Shown piece by piece: positions 10,966 to 24,540 of a stretch of DNA of 64,000 bases. Position 1 is the first letter of the stretch, and each line of letters opens with the position of its first letter. The notes under the pieces are model-generated. The model ran no database searches. It saw only the letters and a list, made by a program, of their open reading frames with translations, and had not been told where the DNA came from. Position numbers and translations under genes: made by a program. The stretch comes from Glycera tridactyla (lineage: Eukaryota), in NCBI GenBank assembly GCA_965644265.1, contig OZ286463.1, positions 109,492,001 to 109,556,000 of the forward strand, given 5' to 3'.

Positions 10966-12906
10966 AGCCCATATGATAGCCCACCCGACCCGCTCGGGCG
11001 GCTCATCAGTGGACGGCATTCTGTCCAGAGGTAGCGAGATCGGCGATTTACGCGGAGCGCGCGATCGTATCTGTCACCGTGTAAAATTCGCCGAAAACAC
11101 TCGGCGATCGCTCCGTGAATTCTTGACCAATCTCCTCTATATTGCAGATCCAAACAGAATAATATCTCAGCTTCAATTTCGTTTTTAGTTTGTGAAAATC
11201 GGATATATTTTTTTTCAAAGCCAAAAACCCGTCGTCCTCACTACTAGAGGGGGTGAAACTTGAAAGCTCTCTATTTCAACAACAATTTCGTCAGTTCGTC
11301 GATATGACGTAGTGAGACCACCCAAAACCGAGTCATGTACGTGGGAAAACATAATGTAGCATCTATCACGGATTTCCCAAAACCAAATCGCTCCGGGTGA
11401 ATGATATTCACCTATTTTGCTTTTCTCGGCAGAGACACACAACTGGGCGATAACAAGATAAATAACAACAATGAATGGCCGTTAGAATCACAGCGCCATC
11501 CTGCGACGAAAGGTAAAACCTCTATTTTTGTATAGTCTCCGCTAGGGGATACTACCACCGACGGGAACGACATCTAGCGGCGACGGCGGTAACCAGTTCT
11601 ATGATTTCCACTTTCTGTTTCTAGCTCTGTCATAAAGATATCTTGGAATATGAAATATGATTCCAAGTGCTTTTGGTCAACCAAAATGATATATTCAACT
11701 CGATAAGTCAGTCTTATCCTCAAATGTGACAAAGGAAGTGCATGAATTGCATTGGCAACTTCACAGAATCAGCCTTTTAGGCCTCTTATTTACTGAGAAA
11801 TCATCATCATGGCTTATAAATTGTGGGTATTATGCATCAGAATGGAAGAAATCCACCTTTATCAAATGCCATGTCTATCCTCCTCACCTAGCACTCTTTC
11901 CCAGTCCAACTGAACCAGTAGCACGATATCTGACGAGGAAACCAAGTTACCTCCTCACCCAGATAATGTCATCTACAACAAGTTATCCCATGGAATATTG
12001 CCCGGTCAAATTCACTTCGAGAAAAGTTACTTTTTTGTTGAGAAAGGGTTGTTGAAAATCTTAGTTGATGACATCGGGTCATTTATTTACTACTAGCTTC
12101 GATGTATCTGGACAAATATGCATGTTTCATTGATATCCGTCTTCAATTATGAAGGCAAGTCGCAGATGCACACTTGGAATAATAAAAGTCCAAAGACCAT
12201 GTGCCCCGTGCTCTCTATATATCAAATCAAGATTGTCAGATTCGATGCTATAGGAGTCATAAACAAGCCGAGACGAACTGACGCGTGCACTACGGGGAGG
12301 AGTGTAATTGATTTACATGCATGGAGGTATCATTGGAGTCAGATATACTGACGAAATTCAAGCAAGGATGTTAGTGATCATGCATGGACATTAGCCTGGA
12401 CTGTATATATCATCATCGGATCATATGGACCTACTATTGTCGTATCTTTGAGGATCAGTTTGTTACTTGAATTCATATCATTGGATGTACGCTCAGGGCC
12501 CCATGATAATCTCCTGATGCCAGGAGCATGTATTTGAAATCACTACATAGTGCACATCACATACAACTATGACCTAGTTAGGCTGCTCACTGTTTGACAA
12601 ATTGTTTGTGGGGCATGATCAAGTTACTGGGTGGTTGGCATAGGGTCACGTCAGCTGAGGGCGCGGCCCCGAACTAGCATTTGCAATCAGAATGCTTCTC
12701 TGCTCGCACAGCTGAGGCTGCGAACAGGAACTATTAAGTCCAACTCTTGACAGTAGTATAATAGTATGATATAGAAGCATATATTGCCACACTCTTGACA
12801 GTAGTATAGTAGTATGATATAGAAGCATATAGCAGACTACAGATGGCGCTCGCATGTAGGTAACCACCTCGAATCACGGAGAGCAAAAGTCGCTTTTTCT
12901 CTGGAA

Positions 12907-15900
12907 ATGTCTGAGTCTGAAACAGAACCAACGACACGTTGTGATGGATAAGCGTACCAAGAAGTCATCAACCAGGAGCCAGAAATCATCAGGTAGCGTT
13001 TTTGATACTAGCAGCTTCAGGAAATTTTTCACATTGACACCGCGCTTCACGATGAGCGATGATACAGAACATGCTGAATATACAACTGAGCAATCGTCAA
13101 CGCTAAACCTGACCGATACGGGTGAGTGCTCTGATGAGCAGAATAGAATGTAGATGAGTATAATACCAACGTTCAGCGTAATCATACTCCCTGTGAAAAC
13201 GCCCAGGCAGTCGACCGTGACGATAGTCATGACAATGACCGTGACAGGTCATTAATTATCGGATCATTCACCAGTGGAACCTCTGCCGATGGAAGCCTCA
13301 CACTGGATGGGAATCCCACATTGCGCGGTGATAGCCCTGACAGTGAGTCTACCATCTCTACATGCTCAAATCCCACAGCCGTCGATGGGAGTCCCACATT
13401 GCGTGGTGACATTCCCCCTGGCGGCGATGCGCTACACGAGGCAGGGCCGATAACTTTCCTTCAAGACTTGGTTGTCCATATTAATGATATTGAACATGAT
13501 ACTGAAGGTGAAATTGATAATGAACGTGAAGATCAGCCATCTATTGGCACTCAAAATAGACATGGCCTAAGTGACAGCATAGAAATTATATCGACGCCAA
13601 AAAACATGAAGCCTTCCAAAAAAGAAAACCTCGGGATCTCACCGCACAGACAGACCCAGATGCAGCTCCCTCTATAGCAATCCCAAAAAGTTTCGATTTC
13701 GCGGATGTTGAAATATCAGAAAAAGTGATTTTCGATGCCAGCACAGATCCTGAAAATATTTCAGAAGGCAATGAGGCACTTCCAATTGAATATCTATCAA
13801 CCTCAAAACATGTTACCAACCTTCGCCAAGTAAAAATGTCTGTCAAAGATAAGCAAGAACGTAAACGCATAAGAGAGTGTGTCTCTCCTGAATCGTTAGC
13901 ATCAAACAGTATCGACAAAAAGCCAAAGTTGGTAGATGATCCCAACTCTCCTATCAATGAGGATACCTCCTCGGAAATAGATGAAAATGTAGAAAATAAC
14001 ACCGATCATGCCAATCAATCAATGGAATCAATCCATTCTGAAGATGATACAGAAAATAATAAACACATTCCGCCTTCCTTTGTTCCTGGTCAACATAACA
14101 AATCTTTAGATGACATCATCCAGGGAATCTCTCCTGAGGCAGAACAAAGTACAGATGATCGATTGCAGTCATGCGCGGATTCTGCAGGTAACGCAAGAGG
14201 GAATCTCACATTGCGTGAAGATGCTCCCTCTGTCGGAAACCCCATGAACCAACGACCGGGTGATCCCGATTCAGACGATGCAGCAACACCGGTAGATGGC
14301 CCCGTCTTAGCAACAGGGAATCTCACATTGCGTGCAGACTGTCCCCCAATCGCCGTAGACCAAGGCCATATATCGATTTCATCATCGTCGAACCCCTCAA
14401 AAACCGCATACGTTCCACCCACGCTGAAAGACATGTCAGTTAACACAAAGAATATAACATTATGCTCGGCATCAACAATGACTGAGGATTGGCTAGAGAA
14501 CATGAAAATCGATATCAAAAAAGAGCTACGTGAAGACCTAGTGAGATCAATCAAGGCGGACGTTGCATGTGAAGTGAAAAATGAAATGAGACTGGAGATG
14601 AAATCCGATATCATCGCTGATTTAAAGGCCGAAATGAATATCTCTATTGCAAACACAGTAATACCCAACGTCGAGAAAAAACTGGAGAAAAACATGAATA
14701 AACTGATTGAAAAGAAATGTACTCACATTGTCAAGGACATATCAACAAAGCACAAGGAAGAACTGGGCAAAGAGCTACACAAAAATGCTACGGAGGAAAC
14801 GGTAAAAGAACTTGTCAAACAAGAACAAAAACTCAAAACGTTGCAGAAAAAAATCAAGTCGATTATCGATAAAGCAGCAACCCCCCAGGCCGAGGGCAAC
14901 ACTCAACTACCGTTGACACGCGAAATTGACATTGAAAAGATAAAAACGAGGATTGAACAATTAGAACTATCGGATAGACTCACGACTGTCATACTCGAAG
15001 GCATCGATATCGATCCCAATTATTCTATCACAGATAATGTATCATATTTCATCCAAAACAGCCTAGGTATCGATATGAATAACTCTCATATTGCAAAATT
15101 TATTTTATTGGAGGATTTGGGAAACCATCCAAACAGATCCTTGTTCGCTTTGAAGATGTTGATTTGAAACGTAGGGTCATGAAGATGAAAGGTATGTTAA
15201 CAGGTACCAACAAATTCATGAAGGAGTTTCTAATCTCTAGAAATGATAGTATCTTCTTCTCAGCCAGACAGGCTAGGAAAAAGAAAATTTTTCATAGAGT
15301 ATGGACCCATGATGGTATTATTTGGGCCACTCGCACACCAACCAGCCCCCCGGAACTCGTTACTGAATCACTTGACAGTTTGACTGAAGATGATAATGTT
15401 AACAATAACACCATTAACAACAATAACAATGCAACTATAAACGAAGCGGCGGTGGAGCCAACAGTCGAGGCACAAACTGTGACAAATCCGCAAAAGGAGC
15501 AAAATCCAACCACGGGAATAAACACAAAACCTGAGAGTGTGCAACCTAAAAACATGATGAAAACACAAAAATTCCATTATCTGATGGTGATTGAACAGAA
15601 TAAGAAAGCAAGCTATCAAGGAGAAAATCCAAACGACTACTACAGTATAAATGACAATAAAAATCGGCCAAAACATGACTATTACCACAATCAAGGTCCA
15701 CCGCCATACGCACACAAATATTTCACTAACCATGGCAACTATCTTCGCCATGATGCACCACCCTTTGTAACCAACAGGCTCAGTCCCCCAGTCGAACCGG
15801 TACACATTTCACCACCCCACCTAGCTTGGGGTGGTGCCAATTACCATTTGAACCAAACACAGTTCAACGGCCCGTGGCAGCAACAACAACGGCCACATCC

Positions 15901-15916
15901 TCCGCACTGGTATTAA
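12907..15916 (+). pseudogene. LINE-A ORF1 (acidic disordered N-terminus, coiled coil, L1/Tnp22-like RRM + CTD), frameshifted
   Basis: Fragments 12941-13153, 13321-13677, 13725-15167 and 15164-15916. The motif LELSDRLTTVILEGI...(frameshift)..KQILVRFEDVDLKRRVMKMK...F.SARQARKKKIFHRVWTHDGIIW parallels the ORF1s of LINE-B and LINE-D. Confidence 0.75.
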
Positions 15917-16747
15917 TTCGCTAACGAAACATGGCCTATGTACCTCTGTATCGCCGTCACTATGACTATACCATAGCGACAGAAAGAGTAAGTTATAATA
16001 TATTATATCTTATTAGATTACATTAAATTAGATCCGCACCGTGAATATTTGACTGTCATTGAACCAAATCGAAAATTGTCATTTCAGCTTGTTTCAATAT
16101 TTTTGAATGTCAAGATTTGTCCCAATGAATATAGAAGTCAAATGCCTGCTTGTCAACTATATCTGAATAAGTTCTGCTTTCAAGCATTTTGAGCTGAAGA
16201 CACTTAACGGAATCTCATGCCCCGACAGGAAAGGCAACATTGCCCTGCCTAACTCCTAAAGTATTATTCCATCACCTGATGAACCCAATGAATTACAGTT
16301 GAATAAACCACTATATGATCCACCACCTGTTTGTATTAATTCAACCGCTCATTTAAACATTTAACTTCACAACTGACGTGACTGACCATGACGGATTGGG
16401 ACTGGTTGGTATGATCTATTATCATCGTTGTCATTCAAACAGAATATCTTATTGGCAAATCACCCTGCCGTGATATTGTCGTAACTGTTACTATGAGAGG
16501 GTCAATTTCTTTCTTGCTTGTTGACTTGATTTGCCCATTGTTACTTATATAGCATGAGGTACCGACGATAGGGGACATTTAGATGAACTATTGCTCTCCT
16601 TCACCACCATACTTTTAGCTGTCTCCCAACTTGAATCTACCATGTACTATCACCGTTTAATATGTATTCGAGATTTGCATTTAACTTATTTTGCTCTCCC
16701 GACTTCGCTGTGATAAGAATAATATCTTTGAACCCCTTGTATGAATC

Positions 16748-16928
16748 ATGCTGTGGACGCGGAAACCGAAATTCGCCTTCCCGTTGAATAGCGATGAAAA
16801 CGATCTTGAGTATTGTACCAAGGTTCTCTCCAGCCAACAGGGAATCGTATCTGGAGCATATAACATACGCAGCATAGTGAGAAAATTCGATGACATCTCC
16901 AGTTTGTTGCTGGGAGTCAAATTGATAT
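16748..16928 (+). pseudogene. LINE-A ORF2 N-terminus (start of the APE endonuclease), cut by the Gypsy insertion
   Basis: GIVSGAYNIRSIVRKFDDISSLLL matches the APE start in LINE-B (SSLNIRSLINKVHDV) and LINE-D (AALNIRSLTLKLDDV). It resumes as DILCLSETFLN after 42878, with a 1-bp frameshift near the junction. Confidence 0.8.
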
Positions 16929-18786
16929 TGTAACAGATGGGGCTGGGGTGGTTTCCCATCACAGGTGGTCACTCTTCAGAAGTGCTTCAAAGAACAGGTT
17001 AAACTGTCACCTGGGAAATGACAATAAGGTCATTTTAGCCAGGAATTCAGCATTTGCTGGCAAATATTGACCCTGTAGATTGATAATTTAGGCCTAGGGA
17101 GTGGGCTGAAGGAGCTGTCAGCTGTTTTGACATGGAATTCAATTGATGGGAAAGACGATTTTTTACCAAGTAAAATCTTGCTTTTAAAAGCTGCTAGTCA
17201 CAGATTCCTGGTGAATTTCAATGAGGGGGATACAGGAACATAACTGTGGTGTCATTTGGTGCTAGTTTTAGTCAGTTTTGAAGCCAGTTTCATCACCTGT
17301 CATTCGAGAGAATACACTATCGTGATGTAAACAAACCACCATCTTGCCACTTACCAATGTATTTTCCTGCCAGTAAACCCTGCCAATCCTCCAGAAATGG
17401 GATTTCTTGTAAAAACCATGTTACTGGTGGTTATCCTGTGTTTTCATGTATATCTAGTCCACATTTGGTGTCAATACAACCTCTGAATGCCTTCATGTTC
17501 TTGTCAATGGCCAGCTGTCAATGTCAGGCGCTGGTTGTCAGTCTTGTCAACGATGTCAGGATACGCTCATTCTCCGCTCAGGATAAGAATCAAAACCTCC
17601 TGAATGTCAGTATTTGTGCAAAATATGGGTAGATCTGCTCAGATTTATGGGTTTATAGGGTGTTTTATGCAGATTTGTGCATTTATTCAGAAATTATTCA
17701 AGTGAACAGGCCAGTGTTTTGAAGGTGATCGCTGCACTCACTGCTCTCAACGCTGACTAGCGCAAGTCAGCGCACCGATCAAAACTGCCAGTTTAAATGA
17801 ATAAAACTTACATTTGGTTGAATTTTCGTCACATCTTGGCTTAATTTCCCTCAATAAATCGATAGGAATGGGTAATGAGTCCTCTAGTGGTGCCATTTCG
17901 AAGATATTTCACTTTTCCTGCTGGGATCTGGAGCACTCCAGCGCACTCCCGTATTTGCAGCGCTGAGTTTACTCCCCGCCGATTGGCTGGCGCTCGGCGC
18001 TGACCTCAATTCCAGCCCGCTGATTGGCTGGCGCACTGGATCCTGAGTCTATAAATAGGAGGATCCACCCATTGAATCCAGTGTGTCCTTTGTATACTGT
18101 CAAGTAGCCTAGGTGGCCTGAGGAGGCTAGAGGGCAAGTGGATCTGAAGCAATAACCTTAAAAGTACTTGAGTTTGGCAAGGTAAGCCATCATGGGATCT
18201 CTGCTTGATTGTGATGATATGTATCACATTATATAGGATGGGTTTTCCTGTTTAGGAAATTATATCCAGTTAGTAAAGGGTTGATCCTGACCTTGGATTA
18301 GAGGGCCATCTATTGCCAGATGTTGGCAGTATGGTCCAGTGGCTGAGGTTCAATGTGAAAGTAATTAAGACTTAGTTGGGGTTCTGAATTTATTTCAAGT
18401 GAATCAAAAATGGAATCTCAGGCTATTTCAATCAGTTATTAATTTTTCTGTGATGAGCTCCTTAATTTTTTTAGTGCATTCAGTGAGTAGTTGCATAGCA
18501 TGAGTATATAAAGTGAATGTTTCATTGAATATATATTTCTGCACTGGCCCACTGTGAAACTGGAACTGAGTTTATACAATTTTGTACTGGCACTGTGAAT
18601 TTGAAAGACATCCATGACCCTGGTAGCTGTTTTTCATGTGTGACATTGTGAAATAAGTACTTTGTAAAGCTCTCAATTGCCAAACAAATTTTTCTACCTT
18701 TTTATATTTCAAATTTGACTGAGTTTGTCATCAATTCAGCTGAGTGTATGCATAGCCCCGGCTTCCCTGACCTCCGTCCTGTTACA
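16929..18786 (+). repeat. 5' LTR (1858 bp)
   Basis: TG...CA with an 8-bp terminal inverted repeat; matches 30771-31618 plus 41933-42874. Confidence 0.93.
17982..18057 (+). promoter_or_regulatory. Putative LTR promoter: two inverted CCAAT boxes and a TATA box
   Basis: ATTGG at 17982 and 18023; TATAAATA at 18050-18057. Also present in the 3' LTR (TATAAATA 42138-42145). Confidence 0.6.
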
Positions 18787-18790
18787 TTTT

Positions 18791-18808
18791 TGGTGGCAGC
18801 GGTGGGAT
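18791..18808 (+). promoter_or_regulatory. Primer binding site complementary to the 3' end of tRNA-Leu
   Basis: TGGTGGCAGCGGTGGGAT lies 4 nt after the 5' LTR. It is the reverse complement of AUCCCACCGCUGCCACCA, the 3' end of metazoan tRNA-Leu(AAG/UAG). Confidence 0.85.
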
Positions 18809-19034
18809 TTCAAAACTTTTTGGAATCCAGTGGTACAGACCTTGTCTCAGAATCTGAAATTTAATGCACTCAGTCTGAATTCCTGTCTCAGTCTTTGGGG
18901 AAATTTTTCACATACCTGTAACCTGAACCAGCAATTTTCATTCACATTCCTGCCCATAAGTGATCACTTAGGTAGCATTTTAGTAGCAATATCGTAGCAA
19001 ATTTAGCAAGGTTTAGCTAAAAGGATCACCCGAG

Positions 19035-20095
19035 ATGGCAGAACACGACCCTGACATTGTATTCAGAATGAACCCAGAGGACACAAATGAGCCAGAGATG
19101 GCTCATGGAGTCAAATATCGTCCAGCAAACCCAGCCGCAGGTGATGTGGGGCATGTTCCTGAGGAGCTCCAACAAAATGCTGATTCTGATGAGGATGAAT
19201 CTGATGATGAGCTGCAGGAGGAAGCGCGACCGAATGTACTGCATGCAGATTATACTCCTCCTGTCCGAAGGACAACATGAAGCCTGAAAGCTACACGGGA
19301 GCCTAGGACTGGGAGGCCTACCTGTCACACTTTGAAGATTGTGCGGAACTGAGTGGCTGGGATTTATGCAACAAGAAATTGGTGCTATCAGCCAGGTTGA
19401 AGGGACAAGCACGAACCTACTACATGGGTCTGCCTCCAACAAGTAAAGCCTGTTATAATGCCCTGGTGGAAGCCCTCTCCCGACGTTTTGGGAGTAGGCA
19501 CCAAAAGGACTTGTGGCTTGCTCAACTAGAGGGAAGAAGACACCAGCCTGGTGAAAGTGTATCTGCATTAGCTGATGATCTTCGATGTCTGGCAAGCCGA
19601 GCCTACTACGACTTGGGTGAGAATGCGCAGGAGGCACTGGCACTCAAACAGCTGTACAAACCCTTGCCATTTGGAGTGAAATATCAGTGCATAAAGGCCA
19701 AGTGCTCAACTCTATATGATGCAGTGGTCATAATCGAGCAGTACGAAGCACTCGTGGGAGATAAAAAGAAGCAAGTACGAGCCACAAGCCAAGACCCTGA
19801 GAAGGATGTTAATCAAGAAGTCCTCAACAGATTGACTCAGTTGGAACAGGCTATAAAAGCAAATAAGGAGAGTTCTAATAATGAGAGCCAGCGTCCAGAA
19901 TCACGCAAACCTAGCTACCATTCCAATGGTGGACTGCAAGCCTGTTTCAGATGTAAATCCACACAGCACTTTGTTCGAGATTGCCCCGAGCCACCAACAT
20001 GCTATAACTGTGGATCGAGAGAGCATAACAGAAGGCAATGCCCCCAAAATCAGTCAGGTCGAGTGCAGGGAAACGACATACCTCCGACTTCATAG
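19035..20095 (+). pseudogene. gag: Gypsy Gag with two CCHC zinc knuckles (frameshift and stop near 19280-19310)
   Basis: KPESYTG.*DWEAYLSHFEDCAELSGW...LSARLKGQARTYY...ALSRRFG; CFRCKSTQHFVRDC and CYNCGSREHNRRQC. Confidence 0.88.
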
Positions 20096-20334
20096 GCATG
20101 CGTTGTGAGGAAATTAAAGGGCCATATGGTATGGCACCAGAAGGAAGGAGTTGCCTGGAGTCAATGGCAGGAGAAAGTGGAGATAGGCCCAGGAAATGGT
20201 GTCAAGCTCCTAGTGATCCAGAGCAGTTGAAGGCAACCTCACCTGGGATGGCAGCTAATGGCCAGAGTGAACCTGCTCTCTCTAAGCCTGTGAATTTCTC
20301 GGATGCCAAGGAATAAGTCAAAAGGATTGGAAAA

Positions 20335-23300
20335 GTGGCTCACTATCCCCAGTATGACAATGGATATTATATTACTGGCCACATCTCCGGAGTGCCAATT
20401 GACTTTCTTGTTGACACTGGGTCAAATGTGACACTTATATCTCTGGAAGTTTATGGAAGACTGAAGACTCGCAGTGGAGAGGACAATGTGCGGCCAACTG
20501 TGATCTCTCTGCATTCAGCTAATGGATCCAGCTTTCACCCGCTTGGTGAAATCTTTGCTAGGATAAGGCTTGGTAATGCATATTACAAGTTTCCTGTTCT
20601 CGTGGCTGATATCACCCAAGATGGCATTTTAGGAAATGATTTCATCAGTCATTATGTCAGTCGCATTGACTTAAAGAAGGGGACTATAGTCACAGAATTG
20701 GAAGAGCTGCGTTGTTGGTCCAGTAGCCAAGCTTCCACGGTGTGTCCAGTCGAGCTGAAAGAAAGCATCATGATTCCACCGAGTAGCCAGGTGGTGGCTA
20801 GAATAACCATACCCCGTGCAACACGACTGACAGAGGATGGTTTGGGGGAGCCCTCCGCCAAACTTTTAAAAGACCACCAGGTGGCACTTCAGAGGGGTAT
20901 TGTGAGAACAGCAGTGGATGACCCCTATGTCATCCTTGTGAATGCCTTTGATCATCCGGTGAAGGTCAGAGCGGGTGTGACCTTGGGCACATGCGAGTCT
21001 TATTATGAGATGAAATTCCCACCCAGACTGTGTGCTGGAATATCTGTAAATGAAGCCACAAACCCAGCAGAACAGGTGCCAGAATTCCTGAGGCAGCCTT
21101 ATGAAGACGGTTGTCAGACTCTCAATACGTTAGAATCGGAGGAATTTGCAAAGTTACTCATTCAATACCAATATGTTTTCTCAAAAAATTCTGAAGATCT
21201 TGGTCGCACCGACCTGGTCCAGCACAGGATAAACACTGGAACAGCTCACCCTATCAAACAAGCACCACGCCACCAGCCCTTTGCCAAGAGAGAGATAGAA
21301 AGGGCAGAAATAAAGAAGATGCTGGAACATGGAGTGATTGAGCCCTCTAGCAGTCCTTGGAGCTGTTCAGTTGTGTTGGTGACGAAAAAGGACGGAAGCA
21401 TGAGATTTTGCTGTGATTATCAGCTCCTAAATGACGTCACCATCAAGGATGCCTATCCATCACCCCGTATAGATGACTGTTTAGATGCTCTGCAGGGTAA
21501 CAAATATTTTCACACAATGGACCTGCAGTCCCCGCGGGTTCTGGCAGGTCGGCATGCACCCAGATGACAAGGAAAAAACTGCATTTGCATCCAGCTTTGG
21601 CTTATATGAGTTTGTTGTCATGCCTTTTGGGTTGACCAATTCTCCGAGCACCTTCGAAAGACTGATGGAGAATGTGCTGAGGGGCTTACAGTATGAGGAA
21701 TGCTTGCTTTTTGTTGATGATATAATTTCATTTGGAAATAGTGTCACTCAATGCTTGGAGCGTTTGGAACGGGTATTCCAGAGGATCATCGAAGCTCGAC
21801 TGAAGTTGAAGCCCTCCAAGTGTAAATTTTTCAGTGATGAAGTGAAATTCTTGGGACATGTTGTTTCACCTGAGGGGGTGCATACAGATCCAGCAAAAAT
21901 CAAAGTGGTGAGGGATTGGCCCATCCCCACTAGCAAGAAGGAGGTCAGGTCTTTTGTCGGGTTGGCATCGTATTATCGAAGATTCATAAAGTCATTAGCA
22001 ACAATCTGCAAGCCACTGCATCAGGCTGCTGAGAAGAACGAGACTTTGAATGGACCTATGGATGCCAAGCTGCATTTGATGAGTTGAAGAAACTTCTTAT
22101 ATCAGCCCCCATCATGGCATACCCTATTCCAGAGTGCCAGTTCATTTTGAATACAGATGCATCTCACACTGGTGTAGGAGCAGTCCTTTCTCAGATTCAA
22201 GAATCACAGGAGAGAGTGGTGGCTTATTTTAGCAAATCACTCAAAAAGGAGGAAATAAACCATTGTGTGACCCGCAAAGAACTTTTAGCTGCGGTGTCTG
22301 CACTGAAGAATTTCCGGTGTTACTTGTATGGGCAGCATGTAATCCTCCGCACAGACAATGCAGCAGTCAGCTGGATGAGAAATCTCAAGGCTCCTACTGG
22401 GCAAACTGCCAGGTGGCTACAAGAAATTGAGACTTATGACCTGGAAGTTCAACACCCGCCAGGCCTGAAGCACAACAATGCAGATGCCCTGTCTCGTTGC
22501 CCATGTAAATCCTGTACACACCAGTCGGCATTGAATGAAACTGCTGATGAGAATGGAGATGAGATGAGTGATGAGAAGAAAGAGGATGGTGACTTCCTGT
22601 GTGGATCAGTGGCCAGTGCTGGTTCAGTGGAATCAGGTGTATCACAGATCCAGAAGGAATTGTCCAGTGACTCAGAACCAGGTCTCCTCTCAGAAAATGC
22701 AGATGCTCACTTGCCCATGAGTGACCATAAGAGAGTGACTTTTGCTGACCAACTATGTGCAGATAAGGAGGATGAAACCAGATCCAGTGGTGGCATTTCT
22801 ATGAGTAAAAGCCCAGTTGAATGTGAGGCTTCCCAGATTCGAGCGTCCGACGATGACTGCGCCGTGATGAGAACACCATGGCACAGCATGTCTCTACCCA
22901 TGACACTTCAGTGTGTTTGGACAGTGAAGGGCAGGACAGATGTACTCTGGCAGCGAAGGTGTGTGCTATCAGAGTTCTTCGCCGAATTCAGCGGAATGAG
23001 GATGACCGATACGCTGGGAGAGTTGTCAGTGCTATCAATGAACAGCTCGGCAAAGCACCAACAAAGCAATCCCGGGCCATCACCTAAGGGCAGGCTACTG
23101 GCCAGTCCACTCTGAGAAATAATTCATGCTGGTTACAAGGATGGGAGCCACATATCCTCCGACTGGAACAACTTCAAGATCCAGATATTGGTCCAATTAT
23201 GGTGATTCTGGATGAGGGTGGTCCACGTCCAGCATGGGCAGATATATCCCATAATAATGAAGATGTCAAGATTATCTGGAGGCACTGGAACCGACTCCGG

Positions 23301-24540
23301 CTATTTGATGGCATCCTCTACCGGCGGTGGGTGAAGGAGCAAGGTCGAACTCACTGGCAGCTGATTGTTCCTGTGACAGATGCATGGCGTGTAAACCACC
23401 GCAGGTCAAATCTCGGGCTCCATTACAGCAGTACAGAGTAGGGATGCCTCAGGAACGCATAGCTCTAGACATCTTGGGCCCTCTGCCATTAGGCCTATTC
23501 GACTGGTCGGTTTCTGTTGAGTGTCCGTTGCAAAAATGTACTCAACGGCCGTAGCCCAGTCGAAAAGGTTTCGTTTAACGAGTTCAATGCAGTCAAACTG
23601 CCGTTGAGATCATACACAACGAAAAAGTCTTAAGCAACCACCCGAATACGAAAGGTAGTCAACGGACCAGCCGTACTCAACGAAACCGACCAGTCGAATA
23701 GGCCTATTGACTGAGAGAGGCAATCGATACTGTTTGGTGGTCGCAGACTATTTCACCAAGTGGACTGAGTGTTATGCACTTCCAGATCAGACAGCTTCCA
23801 GTGTGGCAAGAGCTCTTGTGGAGGAGTACATTGCCCATTATGGATGCCCCCTGCAAATTCATTCAGATCAAGGCTCGAACTTTGAATCTCAGCTATTCCA
23901 GGAAATGTGTAAGTTGTTCAAGATGACAAAAACTCGCATGTCATTCATGAGGCCCCAGAGCGATGGCATGGTGGAATGCTTCAATCGGACACTTGGAGCG
24001 ATGCTCACAGCCTATGCAGAGAAGAAGCAACGTACATGGGATCAGTACTTACCTCTGGTCAGTATGGCCTACCGAGCTTCAAAGCATTCAAGCACTGGGA
24101 GGACTCCAGCAGAGATGACATTTGGACGGGAGTTGAGGATGCCCCTGGATGTGTTGATACCTCATCCCGCAGGTGAAGAGATGAGTCCTGATGACTATGT
24201 AGTGCAGTTGAAGAAGCGGCTTGAAGAAGTCTATGCTGATGCCTGAAAGCATCTGAAAACCAGTGCTGTCCATCAAAAGAAACAGTATGATGTGAAAACT
24301 AATCACAGAGAGTTCTGGGTGGGACAAGCTGTGTGGGTGCTGAGACCCACAAGAAAAGTTGATATTTGCTCAAAACTGACTTCACCATGGAAGGGTCCAT
24401 AGGTGATTGTGGAGAAGCTTGATGATGTCACATACCGGGTGCAGGCCAAAAAAGAACTTGCTGCAAAGGTGTACCGCATTGACTGTCTGAAAGCATACAA
24501 GGGCCGCCGTCCACCAACATGGTATCGGCCAACCAATTAG
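20335..24540 (+). pseudogene. pol: Gypsy Pol (protease, RT, RNase H, integrase) with several frameshifts, a deletion and a MITE insertion
   Basis: FLVDTGS protease; MPFGLTNSPSTFERLM and LLFVDDII RT; TDASHTGVGAVLSQ RNase H; IALDILGPLP, HSDQGSNFESQLF and PQSDGMVECFNRTL integrase. Most of the HHCC zinc finger is missing near 23370. Confidence 0.92.
23491..23705. mobile_element. 215-bp MITE (PIF/Harbinger-like) inserted in the integrase
   Basis: Perfect 24-bp TIR AGGCCTATTCGACTGGTCGGTTTC; 3-bp TSD ATT at 23488-23490 and 23706-23708. Removing it restores GPLPLTERGNRY. Confidence 0.9.

Noticed and set aside
10425-11153. 242-aa minus-strand ORF with a hydrophobic stretch
   Set aside because: The Leu/Pro runs come from the AGG/AAG microsatellite and the rest crosses the inverted repeats; no coding signal.
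11238-11316. CACTA-like termini (CTCACTAC...GTAGTGAG)
   Set aside because: Only an 8-bp inverted match over ~75 bp, with no TSD or subterminal repeats.
13586-14695. Antisense ORFs of 138 and 201 aa; also 14090-14695, 15368-15805 and 19026-19643
   Set aside because: Shadows of LINE-A ORF1 and Gypsy gag on the opposite strand.
17357-17632. 91-aa ORF duplicated at 31130-31408
   Set aside because: It lies inside the LTRs, so the duplication just reflects LTR identity; no domain evidence.
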